DNA of 58,426 bases, filler included, from Sphacelaria rigidula (GCA_964200075.2; 6 parts of 6 records of this genome joined end to end with filler, not necessarily neighbours in it), one strand, 5' to 3'; shown: positions 34,291 through 47,944, counted from the first letter of the whole stretch. Notes: generated by a model from the letters alone, not told the origin. Made by a program: numbers and translations.

Positions 34291-37200
34291 CTTGATATCT
34301 CTGTTAGTCGATCCTAGATCATGGTTGCATCAGATCGACTTGTAAATCTTTGTTGCGCCATAGGTGGTTTGTCCTCTTTCATAGATTCAGCTTTCAGCGA
34401 CCGGACTGAAGCAATGCTTCTCCATTGAGATGTGGGAGGGACGGACTTCGCCCTATCGACTTTTCTTCCTGCTAGTCCTAGCCTAATATAATTTTTTCGT
34501 ACAGGGAAGAGCACCATTTTCGTTGCACCCTCGGAACTTCAGCGGCGCAATCGTATTGCCCCAGAGAGAGTTTAGATGCAACTATGATAGAGGCTCGTCT
34601 GGGTGGGCTAGTATTGAGAGGTGTGGAAGCCATGGCGTATTTTAGACCCTGTGCTGTGGTCTTTCCCAGACCCGCGAGTCAGTAGCCCTTCGTTGTAATA
34701 CCAATCTCTGATATCTTCAGTAGACTCAGGGACTAGCATGGTGATGATGAGCCGTAGGCGAAGTCTGTATCGCTCAACCGCTCACTCACCTGTCGATGCC
34801 TGACCTTGCCTACGTTCTGCCTTGGACTGATACCTTTCGGTATCCGCGACTGAGATGCAACGAACGAGATAATTCAAGCCAACACACAACCTGGGTCTGC
34901 GCTTTCGCACTTTGTCATCAACTAAATTAATATCTACCGCGTGAACCATACAGCTGATCAAAGCTGTGTTTGGGTGCGCCTTAAGTATACACTCGAAGAG
35001 ATCCCCGTGAGGCCTTACCGCGTCCTGTAGGGGTTTGCAACCCCATTTCATGTGTGCAACGGGGGGGAAACGGATGCCGGGCTGCGGCGGCGCGAGGAAT
35101 TCTATCTTGGCTGTGAGTGGCTTCCCGCTGAAGTCAGTTTTAGGGGTCGCCGAATGCTTCGAGACTTGAAGCTGCTGACGGCGGGGTTGCCGGACTGACA
35201 CTGCCGCCATCAACATATATACGAGTATATAACATAATTATATCGTCATATCAACCACCTCACGGCAGGGCTCACCGTGAACTATGCCTCGTACTCGAAT
35301 TTCGTGTCGGTTCCAGTGCCATTGTACAAAGTAGAACGTATGAGCGAGTTCGGTACCAAGACCATGAGTATTAATTTGTGCTCGAAGTATGTCTTTTGAG
35401 AGCGTGCATCGAGTAAGTGTTCAAACGTCTGTCGGACAGAACTCATGTTTTTGGAAGGCCGCCAAGGCATCGGAAATTGAGGTAAGTGGACCAAACTGGC
35501 GCAGTACCTTCAGAATGCCCTCACTCCGGGACCGCCTCCGGGAGGGGCTCCGGCGACTCTCCTGCGGAGGGTGCGTTGCCACCTAAGCGCCGCAGCCGAA
35601 GGCCCTTTTTCCCCTTGGTGTGTAACACCATTGAGCTACCAGTATTGCGCTGTCCATGATTTTTGTCCTACGCTCTCAAACACCTCCGGAATTTCGTAGA
35701 AGATGGAAAATATCGCAGGTTTAGGGCTATACAACAGTACACACTTGACCCCCAGTTCTTCAGGACAAACCACAGCAGGTGACGAGTACGTATGGCCAGT
35801 TGTGAAAACGGCTGCAATGTAATACATAAATAAGGGACAAACTCTTGTTAAAACTTTGGAGCGAAATGAGGTGGCGCGGGACGAGGGATGCCGGAGTTTG
35901 TCGCTGCTTTGGTGACTACCCCTCCCCTCCTACACAGAAGCCCCCCCCAAGGGTGAGAGCCTGGTCCAGCGAAAACCCGGCGTGTTCCCCTGGGAAGAAT
36001 TCGTGGTATCAGCGGATGAATCTGTCTCTCCCAGTACACGACGTGCATTTTGGTACCGCGGATCGGATCATGACCATCAACACTCTCGCACCAGGTCGAC
36101 TCTTGTCGAACGGCCTTCCTTCGTTACTCTCGTCCGGGGATCGAACCCGCATGCTTCAGACCTACTGCAATTGGTCTCAGTTATACCAATCAGATCACCG
36201 CGGCGCGGAGCCGATATGGAAGGTAAACTCCAGACAAACTATTATGGCGTGATATTTGCCCCAACCCTTAGACAACGAGGGTGGGTAATCCGTTAGATTG
36301 GCATCAATTTCACTTGAAAGATAATTCATGATCCAGTTGACCTACCCTCGCGATCTAAGGGTTAAGGGCAACTACAGCAAAAATATGTACCAAATGTGCA
36401 GCATGAGACTCAAAATGCTCGAATTCGCTAGTACGACCCATGTGCGGCGAAACTGCCGTTCTCACTATGTTGTATTTTGGGGATTGTGTCGGCCGCATCT
36501 TCTATGCTCAAGCACGCGGTACAGAGCTGTCATCTCTGCTCACACAACACCTATTGAGACAGGTCACCTTGTTATGCACAGTCCAGACACGTGTCATATG
36601 TGTACTGAGCCCCAACGTGATACAACGTTCAGGCTGCTTCAGGGTGAATACACGAAAAACATTCCCCACTAGATACAGAGCGAAAAACTGACCGACAGGA
36701 ACACATTATTTGGCATTATTACAGTGACCCCCACGAGCAGTTGAGCAGTGTGACATAGCAAGATTTTTTCGTACGTCCCTGCCGTGGCGCTGGTAATGAA
36801 ACTATTTCTCGGTCAATGTGGGGGCCTTCAAATTATTCTGACAAGTAATGTGCGAATTTCCGACTCAATTTGTACCCAGTCTCATCACGAATCAAACCCT
36901 AGTAGCCGCAATAGGCTAGGGATTCTAATACAGAATACAGATTTGAAAACCGTTGATATGGGATCGAGCTATACCCCAAAACATGATGCTTCGGCGATGT
37001 GTTGTTTTGGCGTCGTCGGCTTTCCACTGATGATATGCATCGAATACTCATGAATCCTCCTGACGTTTTCCCTTGAAATTTTCGTAGAAAAGCTCTGATC
37101 ATCCTCAAACTTGCCCGTTTGGTAGATATGTGCACCACGAATGAGGGGAAATCGTTGAAATAATGTTCCAAATTGTATCCGCTTTCTACCGGCGTCCGGG

Positions 37201-37515
37201 GGTACCCGCGTGGAGACCCCTAGAAGCCGGTACAAATTGATTAAAAAAAATGGCTCGTCCTGAGGTATCCCAAGGAACGTTTGTACGAAGTTTCGCTGGG
37301 TAACTCGAGAAGCTGACCCCAAAAGGTCGATTAAAGCTCAAGCGCACAAGGAAAACGTCGCTAAAAATCCATCATCACGTAATTAGGGGGATTCCGGGTA
37401 CATTTGTATACTTCAACACACACAAGGGCGATTTTTCACGCCGTTTTTTCGAGTTAGACCAAGGGTCTGTCGAGCGAAATTTTTCGGACACGTAGGCCAC
37501 CCCCCCCCCCACCTC

Positions 37516-37865
37516 CCGGAGGGCATTTTTTCGATTTTTTTTGTCGAGTTTCTCGCAAGGAATTGATCAATAAACACTGTTTTGATGATGTCTAGTAATT
37601 TTGTTATAAGAAATTGATCAATAAACGCTGATAAAAACGGAAAAATCTGATGGGCTTTGTGGGGTTCGTGTATCTGCTTCTGCTCCTTGCCCGTTCTGTC
37701 CCGATGACCTCAGATGCCGGAGGGCAATTTTCCGACAATTGAAGTTATCCTGTTTTTTTCAATATTTTCTGTTAACTTTGTTGCAAGAAATGAATCAATG
37801 AATACTGACAAAATCCGAAGAGTTTGGTGGGCTTTGCGGGGTATATGTTTGCTTTTGCTCCTTTA
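37516..37865 (+). repeat. Degenerate direct repeat (about 150-175-bp units)
   Basis: CCGGAGGGCA.TTTT...GCAAG.AAT..ATCAAT.AA.ACTG...TGGGCTTTG.GGGGT...TGCTT.TGCTCCTT occurs at 37516-37688 and 37718-37863. Confidence 0.65.
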
Positions 37866-38195
37866 CATATTTTTTTATATATTTATAATATAAAATAAAC
37901 AATATAAGTATCATATGTTATATATTATATAGCATCTATATATACTAATATCTAATTATATAAGATAGTATATGCTGCCCCTTGATGAATATTCATATAT
38001 ATGTAATTATATCATATATAAATATGTTGTCTATAACAGATACAAAATAGTATATATTAAGGAAAATAAGCATATATATGTGTAATATAGACCTATAATA
38101 TTGACCTATATTATATGGTACATAATATATTAAATATATTATATGTAGTATATAATATATAATATATGAAATATAATATATCATATATAATGTAT
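37862..38195. repeat. AT-rich low-complexity (TA-type) tract
   Basis: Abrupt, nearly GC-free degenerate TATA/ATAT sequence. Confidence 0.85.
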
Positions 38196-38850
38196 AAGGA
38201 TCTCTACTGTCTACGGCAGCTGACCACATCCGCCAACGGCTCGGCGAAAAACCAAGGGACACACGACTGGGTGTCCCCTCCCCCCCCCCTGAAAAACTCG
38301 AATTTTCGATTTCGGGGCCTACGTGTCCCGAAATTTATTTTTGACAGACCCCTTGGTTAGACCATGCAATTTTGCACGCGGGTGCTCCGGGATAATTAGA
38401 AAAGGCTGTTCGCACGGGTTGTTTCGGAAAAAATGTGTATTCGCGAGATAATATGGGGTCCCAGGAGATGGTTTCTGACGCCGCCTCCTGAGACCCCGTA
38501 TATCTGGTGGGGAAAAACATCGGAGAATCCCATCTATACAGGCTTTTCAAATAACTCAGAGCAGCTGTGAGCAATTTTCCAGGATTTAACTCGAAAAAAC
38601 GGCGTGAGTAATCGCTGGGGAGTAATAATCGTTCACCCTGTTGCCGTATATAAAAAAAGCTACACTTTTCGTGTAGGGTAGAGACGTAACCATGACCGGC
38701 AAAACTCAGTCTATTTTGCGGGATGAGAGCACAATCTTGGGCTTGAATGATAACTACGATCATGCGTTACTCGTGCGTGGAGTTACAACAGGTGTTACGA
38801 GCGATCGCGTTCCGGACTCTAGAATGGAAAATGACCGCGGCGTTAGTGCA

Positions 38851-38918
<68 letters not shown>
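38851..38918. repeat. (ATT)n microsatellite at contig end
   Basis: More than 20 perfect ATT units running into the spacer. Confidence 0.95.
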
Positions 38919-39018
38919 NNNNNNNNNNNNNNNNNNNNNNNNNNNNNNNNNNNNNNNNNNNNTTAATTAATTAANNNNNNNNNNNNNNNNNNNNNNNNNN
39001 NNNNNNNNNNNNNNNNNN
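38919..39018. other. Artificial contig spacer
   Basis: N-TTAATTAATTAA-N, 100 bp. Confidence 0.97.
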
Positions 39019-41063
39019 CTTTCGTGCAAGACAGATATGCCACTTCAGCCCCATATTTTGTATGAACCCCAAAATATAAAATCGGCTGTTTCCTCCTGAT
39101 TGAGAGTGGGATTTTTGGTCGTACGTGGAATCGGCATCACCTATCTTCACTTCAATATTACCGCGTGACCCCGGTGTGCAACCCTGACGGTCATGCAGAG
39201 GGTCAACATTCTGAAGAGTTCGTCGTTGGATGTACAATCCGAAATCAAGTGCAAATAAATGCCGATACACGATTCTTTGGAATCATGATGGGTCAGTACC
39301 CTACACACTCAAGGTATGAATCGGAAGAACATTTTTGGAATGCACGGCCTTATTATGTACAACAGGTAATCGCAACCTGCTCAACGTACAGGGGCGTGTC
39401 ATTGAGAGAAATATTTCGATGGCTGACACGCCCCATCTCCTTATTCTTCAACAAAACGAGCTATTCCCTGCTGTTGCCCGTCAGAGTTCATTAATACTAG
39501 GAATACATTAAAACAACGCGTTCCTCACAAACATCACTCAATTATAAGCTATACAGTAGACTGTAAATCTCAACAAAACCTTGTTCATGCGAGTGTTTCC
39601 GTTCGTCTATACGTTGATTGCCGGTTGAGAACGCCAACTAACTATTTACTATCTTGCGTAACAACGGCTGGACCTCTCGTGTGGCTCAATGAATGGTCGA
39701 GCGGTCGTTCGAAGAAATGGCCGCCGTGATGATGCTATAGTTAACCGAGGTTGGGCTACAAGTGTTCCTGGTTGACACAATCTTACAAGTATCGCTACCC
39801 CTTCCCCTAACCCCAACCCAACGCATACCGTGAACCCTCGGGCAAGGGCGGTATATAGTATTCCCTAGGCAATTTGCGGCCTTGGTTGACCCCATATCGG
39901 CGCCTGTGGCGCCGATTTTAACGGAAACGTGTTCTGCGCACGCGAGGAGCACACGGGACTGTCAGCCCTACTACTATGAAGATGCGATTCTCGTTGTACA
40001 CACGCGAATCAAGTAATTGTCAACCATGAACATTTGTAGCCCAACGCCAGATAACTATACTGCCAACTATTTGAATATTTGTTTGTCGTATTATTGGGCC
40101 ATGATTTGTAGGGGTACATGATGGGACGTTTGATGAATCAGAATTGTCAGAATGGTTTCTCCACCCCCCTCAGGCTTGTTGCTCGACCCAGATATTTCCT
40201 GGAAACACCCATGATGGTTGACGTAGAAAGCTTCGTCAGACGATGTCAATAATTACCCGAACAAGTTTCAGAGTCCTTTGAGAGCCCACAGACATTATTA
40301 TGGGTAATAATAGTCGAACTACAAACTGATAGGCTACGCGTGGCGCAGACGCTTCTTATTATCAAGTAAGTCAAAATGACGCCCTCTCTACAAATTGAAT
40401 GCCTATGGTATATGCCGCTTTATGAATATCAATGCTATATGGCATCGCATATACTGTATAACATCACTATTAAGAATAAAGGACAACATACTGTACCTCA
40501 TCATTGCATGAACACCCTGGAGCTACGCGGGTGGACAATATTGCAGGGGTTGAGAATTATAGGTCAATCGTTCCCGAATAGGAATAATGATCCCCCAATC
40601 ATTTCACAGCAACAACCGACCCGTGATGTGTGGTGTCTCTGACGCTAATGTGGGTGTACCAGTTATGACAGCATGATGGGGATGTACGAGTTGTCCATAC
40701 CGATACCTGTTGATCAACGGTAGCCTCCTCGACTGAAGTCTACTGTGGTATTGAAAAACAAGGAAACGCAACACGAAACGGTCAGTTTTCGACCAAACTT
40801 CGTTATTCCGACAGAAGAGGAAAGAAAGTAGACCGACCGTGCTACCAAAACCAATATTATCGCCGGTTGATCTTTCCGAGACAGACTGGAGGTATCTTCG
40901 CGCCGACTGGGGAAGACATCATCAACTTCAATCTTATGTCTAATTCCTCGCCGCTCACGACATGACGGTGAAACTCAACTCGTGCTCGTTGCCCACGTAC
41001 AGAATGTGACACAAAACAACAAAATCTGACTTGGCCACAATCCGACGTGAAGTCGAGAAACTC

Positions 41064-41213
41064 ATGTACATGGACCGGCTTCGAGGCTGGAGCAAGAGGG
41101 CGCCATCATCACCGCTGTCACTGGACGGGGGGGGTAAATCCTGCCCGCCACAGGTGACGGTGGCGGCCGCCGGTGGTGACGGCCCTGAGGAAAGACTGGA
41201 GCATCTTACCAAG
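41064..41213 (+). CDS. Possible first coding exon of the PH-domain protein
   Basis: MYMDRLRGWSKRAPSSPLSLDGGG...EERLEHLTK with AAG|GTTCGC donor and an in-frame stop upstream. The phase join to the next exon is not clean. Confidence 0.45.
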
Positions 41214-41539
41214 GTTCGCCAGTAACAGCTTGCCGATATTTCGGGTGCACATGTACTGGAGTGGATCATGCGAAATCTCCCCCTACCATGTTTATCATCA
41301 AGTTGCCGTAAGTCCGGGTCGCGCCACATAATTGTGAGATACAGCATATATACACACATGCAAATGTACGGGACTTGAATAGCAGAATCGCACGTTATGG
41401 CCTCGTCGAATCTACTACTAATATCCTCCAATTTTTTACGCTTCGCTTATGGCGCCAGCTGCATATATGCATCCGTTCCACCGTTCGGTTGTCGCTGGCA
41501 ATCTTTTGTCCTTGGGATCATGAAAGGAAATTTTCCTAG

Positions 41540-42099
41540 AGGAGGATCGGCACCAACGGGTCATGTTAGCTATCGAGAGCTCGCTCACGGGATGCGGCAG
41601 CGACGACTGGTCCGTGGATAGCGACTACGCTTTTCAGGATTTCACAGAAGATGACGGGGAGACATCGTCTCGTTACAGCAATTGCCCACAAGCTTCGCCA
41701 AAACAGGGACAGCAGCAGCTTACTGTTCGCGCAGTTGCACAAGACGACGCCACAGTAGGCACTCGTACGGGAAAGGAGATTTCCGAGGAATTAGGCGGCG
41801 TGACTGTCGACAATAACACGGGTGTCCTCAGCGGCAGCAATACGCCTGGGCGAGCAACATCGGATGGAGCTTCCGTCAGGGGTATACAGCGTGAAGCATC
41901 GAGAAAGTTGGCAGAGTTGGAGCCGGTCGGAAGTAGTGTCGATAGAGGGACAGCTTCGGATCATGATGGCCTTGTTGGGGACTTGAGAGATATGGATGGT
42001 TCACCGACGAGAGAAGACTCACGGCACCAATTCGGAGATCCCGGAAGCAGCACGGAAAACATGCACATCCTTCGCGTGGAACAGCGCATGTTTCTCAAG
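41540..42099 (+). CDS. PH-domain protein, long acidic/Ser-rich exon
   Basis: Open frame EDRHQRVMLAIESSLTGCGSDDWSVDSD...HILRVEQRMFLK with a strong AAG|GTAAGA donor and TTTTCCTAG acceptor. The 5' boundary is uncertain by a few bp. Confidence 0.65.
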
Positions 42100-43212
42100 G
42101 TAAGAATCGTGGTCTTTGCTCGGGAGAATCCTCGTGTAGTGCAGTCATTACGATGTCCGCGTCTCCCTTTTATCACCGGGGTGTCCTCGTATGTTGGTGC
42201 AGCCTGGACTCCCTAGGTAGCCGGGAAGGACGAGGACAGCAGCCCAAAGCTGGCTATGCAATCAAAATTTTCAATCACGTTACGCCTCATTTGCAATAGT
42301 AAATGGTTAACTTCCGGCGCAGATGCTAAAATAAGCAACGACGACAAGTCGGGCCGGCCAAGAGCGAGGGGATTCGCCAATATCGCCACGCGCGCTTCAA
42401 TTCTTCGAGTTGGGACCTAAATTCTGACGCGTGATTTGCAGTCACTACCCAACACATTCCGAACGATCCCCCTTCGTTATAGTTTGTTTCACCTAGATAC
42501 GATCAGCCCAACACGACATACCCAAATGCCAGTCCATTTGGCTTGGCATAATAGTGCCGCTGCGAAAACAAAAACGAGGGCCGGTCGGAATCTATCGACG
42601 CGTCCCTTGAAAATCACGTGTCAAAGCTTCAGGTGCCAAAAAGTGTAGCTGCGGGTGGCGATATTTGCAGATATTTGCACGGAAATACTGTGCAATGATA
42701 TAAAGCTTCGGCTATAACTGGCGAACGGGGATGATCACGAAATTGGACCACCGTCGCTTTTCTTCTCACGTCGAGAGTACACGCTAAAAAACTGTGGTCA
42801 CATTCCGAACAATACATGCTATTCATGGAAAAAATCCAGAGAAGAAACAGAAGAGCTAGATGGAAAAGGTGCAACCACGGAGACGCGGAATTATCAATAC
42901 CAACGGCATGGATTCCTATGCTAGATATCTGCGCGTCACCACCTTGACCAGTTAGTTACAACGATATGCTCAGCTCGCCCTGGCTCGGTGCCGTTCAGAA
43001 GATATGGCTATCTGACGCAATGTGGGTTTCCTGACTGGTCCAGCTTCGTCACAACAACGGGTGGGTATTGTTGCGTTCTAAATAGGTTGAAATTGGCTCC
43101 TTCTCGAGCTGCTGCCTCAAGCACGCATTGTGTATCTTATGTTTTGAGGGAATATCTGATTCTGATGGTTACCGTGGGAATAAGAAGTCGAGAACTGACG
43201 GGGTTCTGTCAG

Positions 43213-43306
43213 GTGATGTCACACACTACTCAGGGAACGCACACGGAGCTCGTTGATGATATTTTCAACACCAACGTGTATCAAGTGTACTTTCTTCCGG
43301 CCAGCG
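43213..43306 (+). CDS. PH-domain protein, short exon (3' boundary uncertain)
   Basis: TTCTGTCAG acceptor is in phase 0 with the 42099 donor; encodes VMSHTTQGTHTELVDDIFNTNVYQV. The donor at 43307 was chosen only for phase compatibility. Confidence 0.45.
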
Positions 43307-43616
43307 GTCATCCGCCACGGCGTCGTGAGCCGACGAGCGGCGCGGTGTATCCGAATCACCCATGAACCTTTCTGGCCTGAGACGATTCGTGGGAAGGCCA
43401 TGTGCTCTTACATGCTTTCGCAAGATCAATGCCGTTGGCATTGCCCTGTCACTAACGACCAGAACAGCGTCGATGAGATCATGTAAAGGATGCCCCGTAA
43501 CGCGAACGCAGACCTCATCAGCCCCCTTTCCCCTCCACACGTCGTCGCTAACATACTTCTCCGATACAAAAAAACACAACCGCGGAATCAAAATTAGGCC
43601 GCTTTCCAATTGCTAG

Positions 43617-44007
43617 AAGAGCGCGACCGTCGATCTACAGCAATGAACGAATCGGAGAGCCTGTTCGGCAACGTGATAGGCTCAAGCGTTGCCTCCCTCG
43701 TGGAAAACCAAACGTTTGTCCCCGGGGCACCGACGGCCAGCACTGCAGCAGGAGGCAGCGGAGCCGGGGGCAGCGCGCGGGGGAGGGGAGGTGTTGGGGG
43801 CGGAAGCACGACCGGTAAAGCGGGGGAAGAATCCAGATTCCAAGAGCCAGCTTTAAGGCGACGAGTGATAATTAGGGTGGGGACGCTGAGAAAGGCAACC
43901 GCAAGAAGTGTTGGTCGCCTGGAAACCACCACGTGGAAGACTAAGCATATTGAGCTTTCCCCTGGCCGGTTCGCTTATGCGGATGCGGGCTCGGTGCTCG
44001 GGAAAAA
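43617..44007 (+). CDS. PH-domain protein, exon with N-terminal beta strands of the PH domain
   Basis: TTGCTAG acceptor and AA|GTGAGT donor. VIIRVGTLRKATARSVGRLETTTWKTKHIELSPGRFAYAD fits the PH pattern G-x-L-x-K...WK-x-x-x-x-x-L...Y. Confidence 0.75.
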
Positions 44008-44583
44008 GTGAGTATGGAGCTAAATTATGCATATATGTGTGTGTATTATGATGCTTCGCCTCATTCGCCACTGCCGATCTTGTGAGCCTGAGCTCGGCTG
44101 GTAAGGTCGTTGGGCTCGATCCACCAGAAGTATGACGAATGCTTATTCGAATACTCACGGAAGCTTCAGACCACGATTACACACGTCGCAAGCTCCTTCG
44201 CATCAAATGTTAAGCGTCGGGAGGGCCATCTTATCCCACATATTGCATTCAAAGCCGGTTCAGGACCGCATTCCCGGCATTCTTGAAAGCACAAGTTGCT
44301 CAGCATCCAACCCTATGGCCACGAATACACGCGGCTTTCATCCCCACGCCTCCCTGTATGCACCCCCCGCGTCGTATATCCTCCCCGACTCCAAAGTATC
44401 AACTACTAATATGACGCACCGAACGTCGAAAGACTCGAAACTATGAGCGCCTCGCAATTCATATGCATTTGTGTACTCATGCCTCCTTCCTCGCAAATAC
44501 AGAAATACAAAGGTCATCCCGCTACATCTGGGTTTCTGCACGTGCCGATCAGTCAAAGCAAAAGACACACATCATTTCACCAG

Positions 44584-44818
44584 AGGCAGCATGACTCTAA
44601 GTGGCACCCTGAACCTCAGCGGTAGGGTGGCGACAAGGGACAGTGGGAGTAGGGGTGATGGTATGTCGGGTCATGGAGGAGGAGCGGGAGCAGGGGATGG
44701 GTGCATCGGGGGTAGCAACACCAGCAGCAGCACCAGCAAACATTTACTGGAAATTGTGGTGGTCGGAGCGAAGCGGAGGGTGTGGGCAGCGGAGAGCAAA
44801 CAAGAGTGTCGCCGATGG
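44584..44818 (+). CDS. PH-domain protein, exon with C-terminal strands and helix of the PH domain
   Basis: CACCAG acceptor in phase 2 matches the 44007 donor. Encodes GSMTLSG...HLLEIVVVGAKRRVWAAESKQECRRW (conserved A-x-S-x-x-E-x-x-x-W helix). TGG|GTGCGT donor. Confidence 0.75.
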
Positions 44819-45437
44819 GTGCGTAGTTTCATAGCATACGCCATGCTCAAGTGGCGGGTAGGTAGCAAAAAATTTCATGACTGGGGAGAAGAAAACCGCA
44901 TTATTTTTCTTATTTGATTCATCACCATGCGCTGATTTTCTTCTTCTCTTTTTGCACTCGTGGTCTTCATGTGCTAATCGCAAACCACTCGCATTACGTC
45001 AAGGGTGAAAAATGTGCTAGAAATTTCAGCGAGACTAATCCGTCATGCCCGACACAGACTCCTCATGCGGAACTCAGAGTTAGAAGCTTCCATCACTCGC
45101 CTCGCGAGCTGTGTTCTCGAAAATCTTTCTGACGTGCTGTCGTGGTTTGTAACATATTTACGCATGAACCACAGATCGAGGTCCAAGGGATGTACCACGC
45201 ATCCAGGGTCAAGGGATATATTATATCGCACGGCGATGATATGTTGCCCCTCCATCTATTTCTGGGGCATTTTGCCAGCTCTCGGGAAGTTAATTGAATA
45301 TTGGCAGTAAACATATTAAAAGGGGGCCCATTATGACACCCTAGTTGTGTGTTTACGTTTTTCCCCAGTTGGGCAGTCGACTGACACGTCCTTATTCAGG
45401 GCAGACTCCGTGTGACCAACCGCTCACCATCTTAGCG

Positions 45438-45658
45438 GACACTTTCTACGATAGCCCCCCCCCAAAACAGTGCATGGTTTTGGGAGGCAAAATGTTCACG
45501 TAAATCGAAATGGAAAAAGCCAAGCACAACGAGNNNNNNNNNNCGCCAATATGAGGCGCTTCATGCAGCCTGAACCCGAACATCAGGCGCTGTATGGCAT
45601 TTTTTTACGTGACAGTTTTAGCTGGTTTTTTGGGGAGGGGGCTATCGTAGAAAGTGTC
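45438..45658. mobile_element. MITE with TIR GACACTTTCTACGATAGCCCCC
   Basis: About 22-bp perfect inverted termini; contains a 10-N gap. Confidence 0.8.
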
Positions 45659-46902
45659 AACGATTTATGAAACACTTGGGACCCCAACCGCTGCGCCGAA
45701 GCTTTTCCGAACGTGATTAATCGCCACGACTATGGTACCACGGACGACGCTCAACGAACAGGTCTTCGTCACGACCCTCCTTTCCTTTTTTTCGAGGAGT
45801 CAACGTTCTTGGCGAAAGACACGGCAGTCATAGAGATCCTCTCATACGAAAGTTCCACAACGTGGTCTTGAAAACAAAATGCTTCCGTCCGTAAGGATTT
45901 CGCCGGAACCTGAAAAAACGGTTTTCTGGGCAGGGAAAATCTACGGGGTTGAAGTGGCGCATTATGTGTGATTTGGTCAGGTGAGCGCCATCAAGGGGGC
46001 AATGACAGAACGGCCTGTGGATCCCACAGAGATGACCGTGGGAAATGATCAAATGCCCACGATTCCACAAGATTCGTGTCATCGGAGTCACATGGAGAGG
46101 TGAGCCTTGAAAGCACACGAGTGGGTGGTAGAGAGAGGCACACAGGAACCAATCAACTGCCAGACGGATTAGCTACACTGCCCATGTATTTCTTGTTGTA
46201 GCAAGTGAATCTACTGCTGAGCGCTGCTGGTGGAACGGTTGGCCACTATCCTGCGAGGGCGATGGTCTCTAACGCGACTCCATGATGGGGGGCGTGACAG
46301 TAGTGAACTCTAGCGCGTTGAAATAGTGGGAGTGCTCTACTGAGAGTTTATTGCTCGGTGGAGGCCAAAGGACGTTGATCGTAACACATGGGTGCACATG
46401 CATCGGGAACGTATTGCTGTGAGCTGTTTTAATCGTATCGATCGCTATCACGCAGTTGTCATGTTTCTCCCGGATCTTGATTGCGTCTCGGATGAAGGTA
46501 AAGTGGTCTATTCGTATGCCGTGTACTGATTCACACTCTGGATAATGACAGTGGATTACATTGTCAAAAAGGTGTACTGCTTCCAGCATCGGCTATCGCG
46601 TCCATTGCAATAAACATTAGATTCCATACTGTACACAGTACGCTTTTGACAATCAAATCTGTTGTCCAGGGTGTGTACTAATTTGATTGGGAAGATCAAT
46701 CGAATGGCGTCCTCTTTCACCTCCACGAATAGTTGCCATTTCCTAGATTTAGGGTCATCTTCCACGCGTGCTGTTTCGACGACGACCACGTCCGTACACA
46801 CACGCCTATGGTGACGTGTCCGATCATATTTTCCCCGAACTCGCTCCATTTGTTGTTCCCAACCCCGGAAATATCCTGTGTGCGTATGTACATGTATACA
46901 TA

Positions 46903-47199
46903 CGGTGTAATGGTCCGACAACTGTCGCCATTAGGGTGGAGTGAACGAAGGGTTCGATTCCCGATGCGTTGGGTTTTTTCTTCGTGGAATCTGATTTCCA
47001 CCGTGGAAAGCGTGAGAACGTCAGCAAACGAAGTAGTTGTCTAAGTTCGTTTGACGTGAGTTGATGCGGTGCGGGAGTCATGATCCAATCTGCGAGACCA
47101 AAATGCAGGGCGTGTACCGGGGAGAGATGGGATGATCCCTTGAGACCACGGACTCGTCCCGAGGAAGGGAAGGGGTTCAAAGTGCGACAAATAAATAAT
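46903..47199 (+). mobile_element. tRNA-derived SINE, family B (copy 2)
   Basis: CGGTGTAATGG A box and GGTTCGATTCCC B box. Colinear with 3917-4212. Tail AAATAAATAAT. Confidence 0.82.
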
Positions 47200-47270
47200 G
47201 AAAAAATGAAACATAATAAGAGATTGAAAATTCCTACAGTAAGAACAAAAGAAGAAAGGAGAAGTAGCTG

Positions 47271-47517
47271 ACTGCTACCGAGATAGCCCCCCCCGCGAAC
47301 CGGCCAAAAAAGTGCAGGGAGGCGAGGATCATAAATGCCGTTAGAGCTGGTTTCGTGCTGCACGACGCGACACATTTGGGCGTTACAGCTGATTTCAGAC
47401 TGTTACACGCCTCTCATGTGGGCGAAATTGCTGCAAACGAGCACAATCATGGGACCGCAGCCGGTTTGTCGGACGGTCTACGGTGCACTTTCGTGGGGGG
47501 GCTATCTCGGCATTAGT
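47271..47517. mobile_element. MITE with TIR core CCGAGATAGCCCCCC, related to 45438-45658
   Basis: ACTGCTACCGAGATAGCCCCCC pairs with GGGGGGCTATCTCGGCATTAGT. A lone related end, GGGGGCTATCGCGGCATCAGT, lies at 844-865. Confidence 0.75.
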
Positions 47518-47744
47518 CGGCTCAGTCAGTAACAGCATCCTTCTGACGGAAAGAAAACGGAAGAGCTTTCCCGTCGTACAGTAACGCCCCGACGACAAAA
47601 ATAAATCCTTCCATCAGAATTCTGCAGGCCGCAAAGAAAAAGATTTTTCTTTTCTGAATTGGCCTATTACACACCCGGGTGTCTTATCCGTCCTTGTACT
47701 GAATAAAAATAGCTATCTCACGGCGAGGGCTTCACTCCGAACAG

Positions 47745-47941
47745 CTACGTCCATCGCCGCCTACATGAAAGCCCTCGATAGCTTGAGGGCAGCCTCCAAA
47801 GCCAGCCACACCGACCCACTAGGTGTCATGCGGCGCAGCGATGGAAGCACAGGGTATGATGGTGGCGACGAGGAATGTCCCCTTGGCGTGCCGGTGAAGT
47901 GGGTGAAGCAGCAGCTGCCTGGCGCAGAGAGGGCCTACCAG
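47745..47941 (+). CDS. Probable downstream exon of the PH-domain gene
   Basis: CCGAACAG acceptor and CAG|GTGGTG donor. Encodes TSIAAYMKALDSLRAASKASHTDPLG...CPLGVPVKWVKQQLPGAERAYQ. Its phase implies an unidentified exon between 44818 and here. Confidence 0.6.
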
Positions 47942-47944
47942 GTG

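Noticed and set aside
34314-35216. Minus-strand ORFs, one ending at a good CAG|GTGAGT donor (about 34789)
   Set aside because: Possibly exons, but with no recognisable domain and no consistent partner exons.
45670-46150. Very old RTE-like LINE remnants here, at 39019-39300 and at 52850-53300
   Set aside because: Only scattered residues resemble RT or C-terminal motifs; too weak to call without a search.
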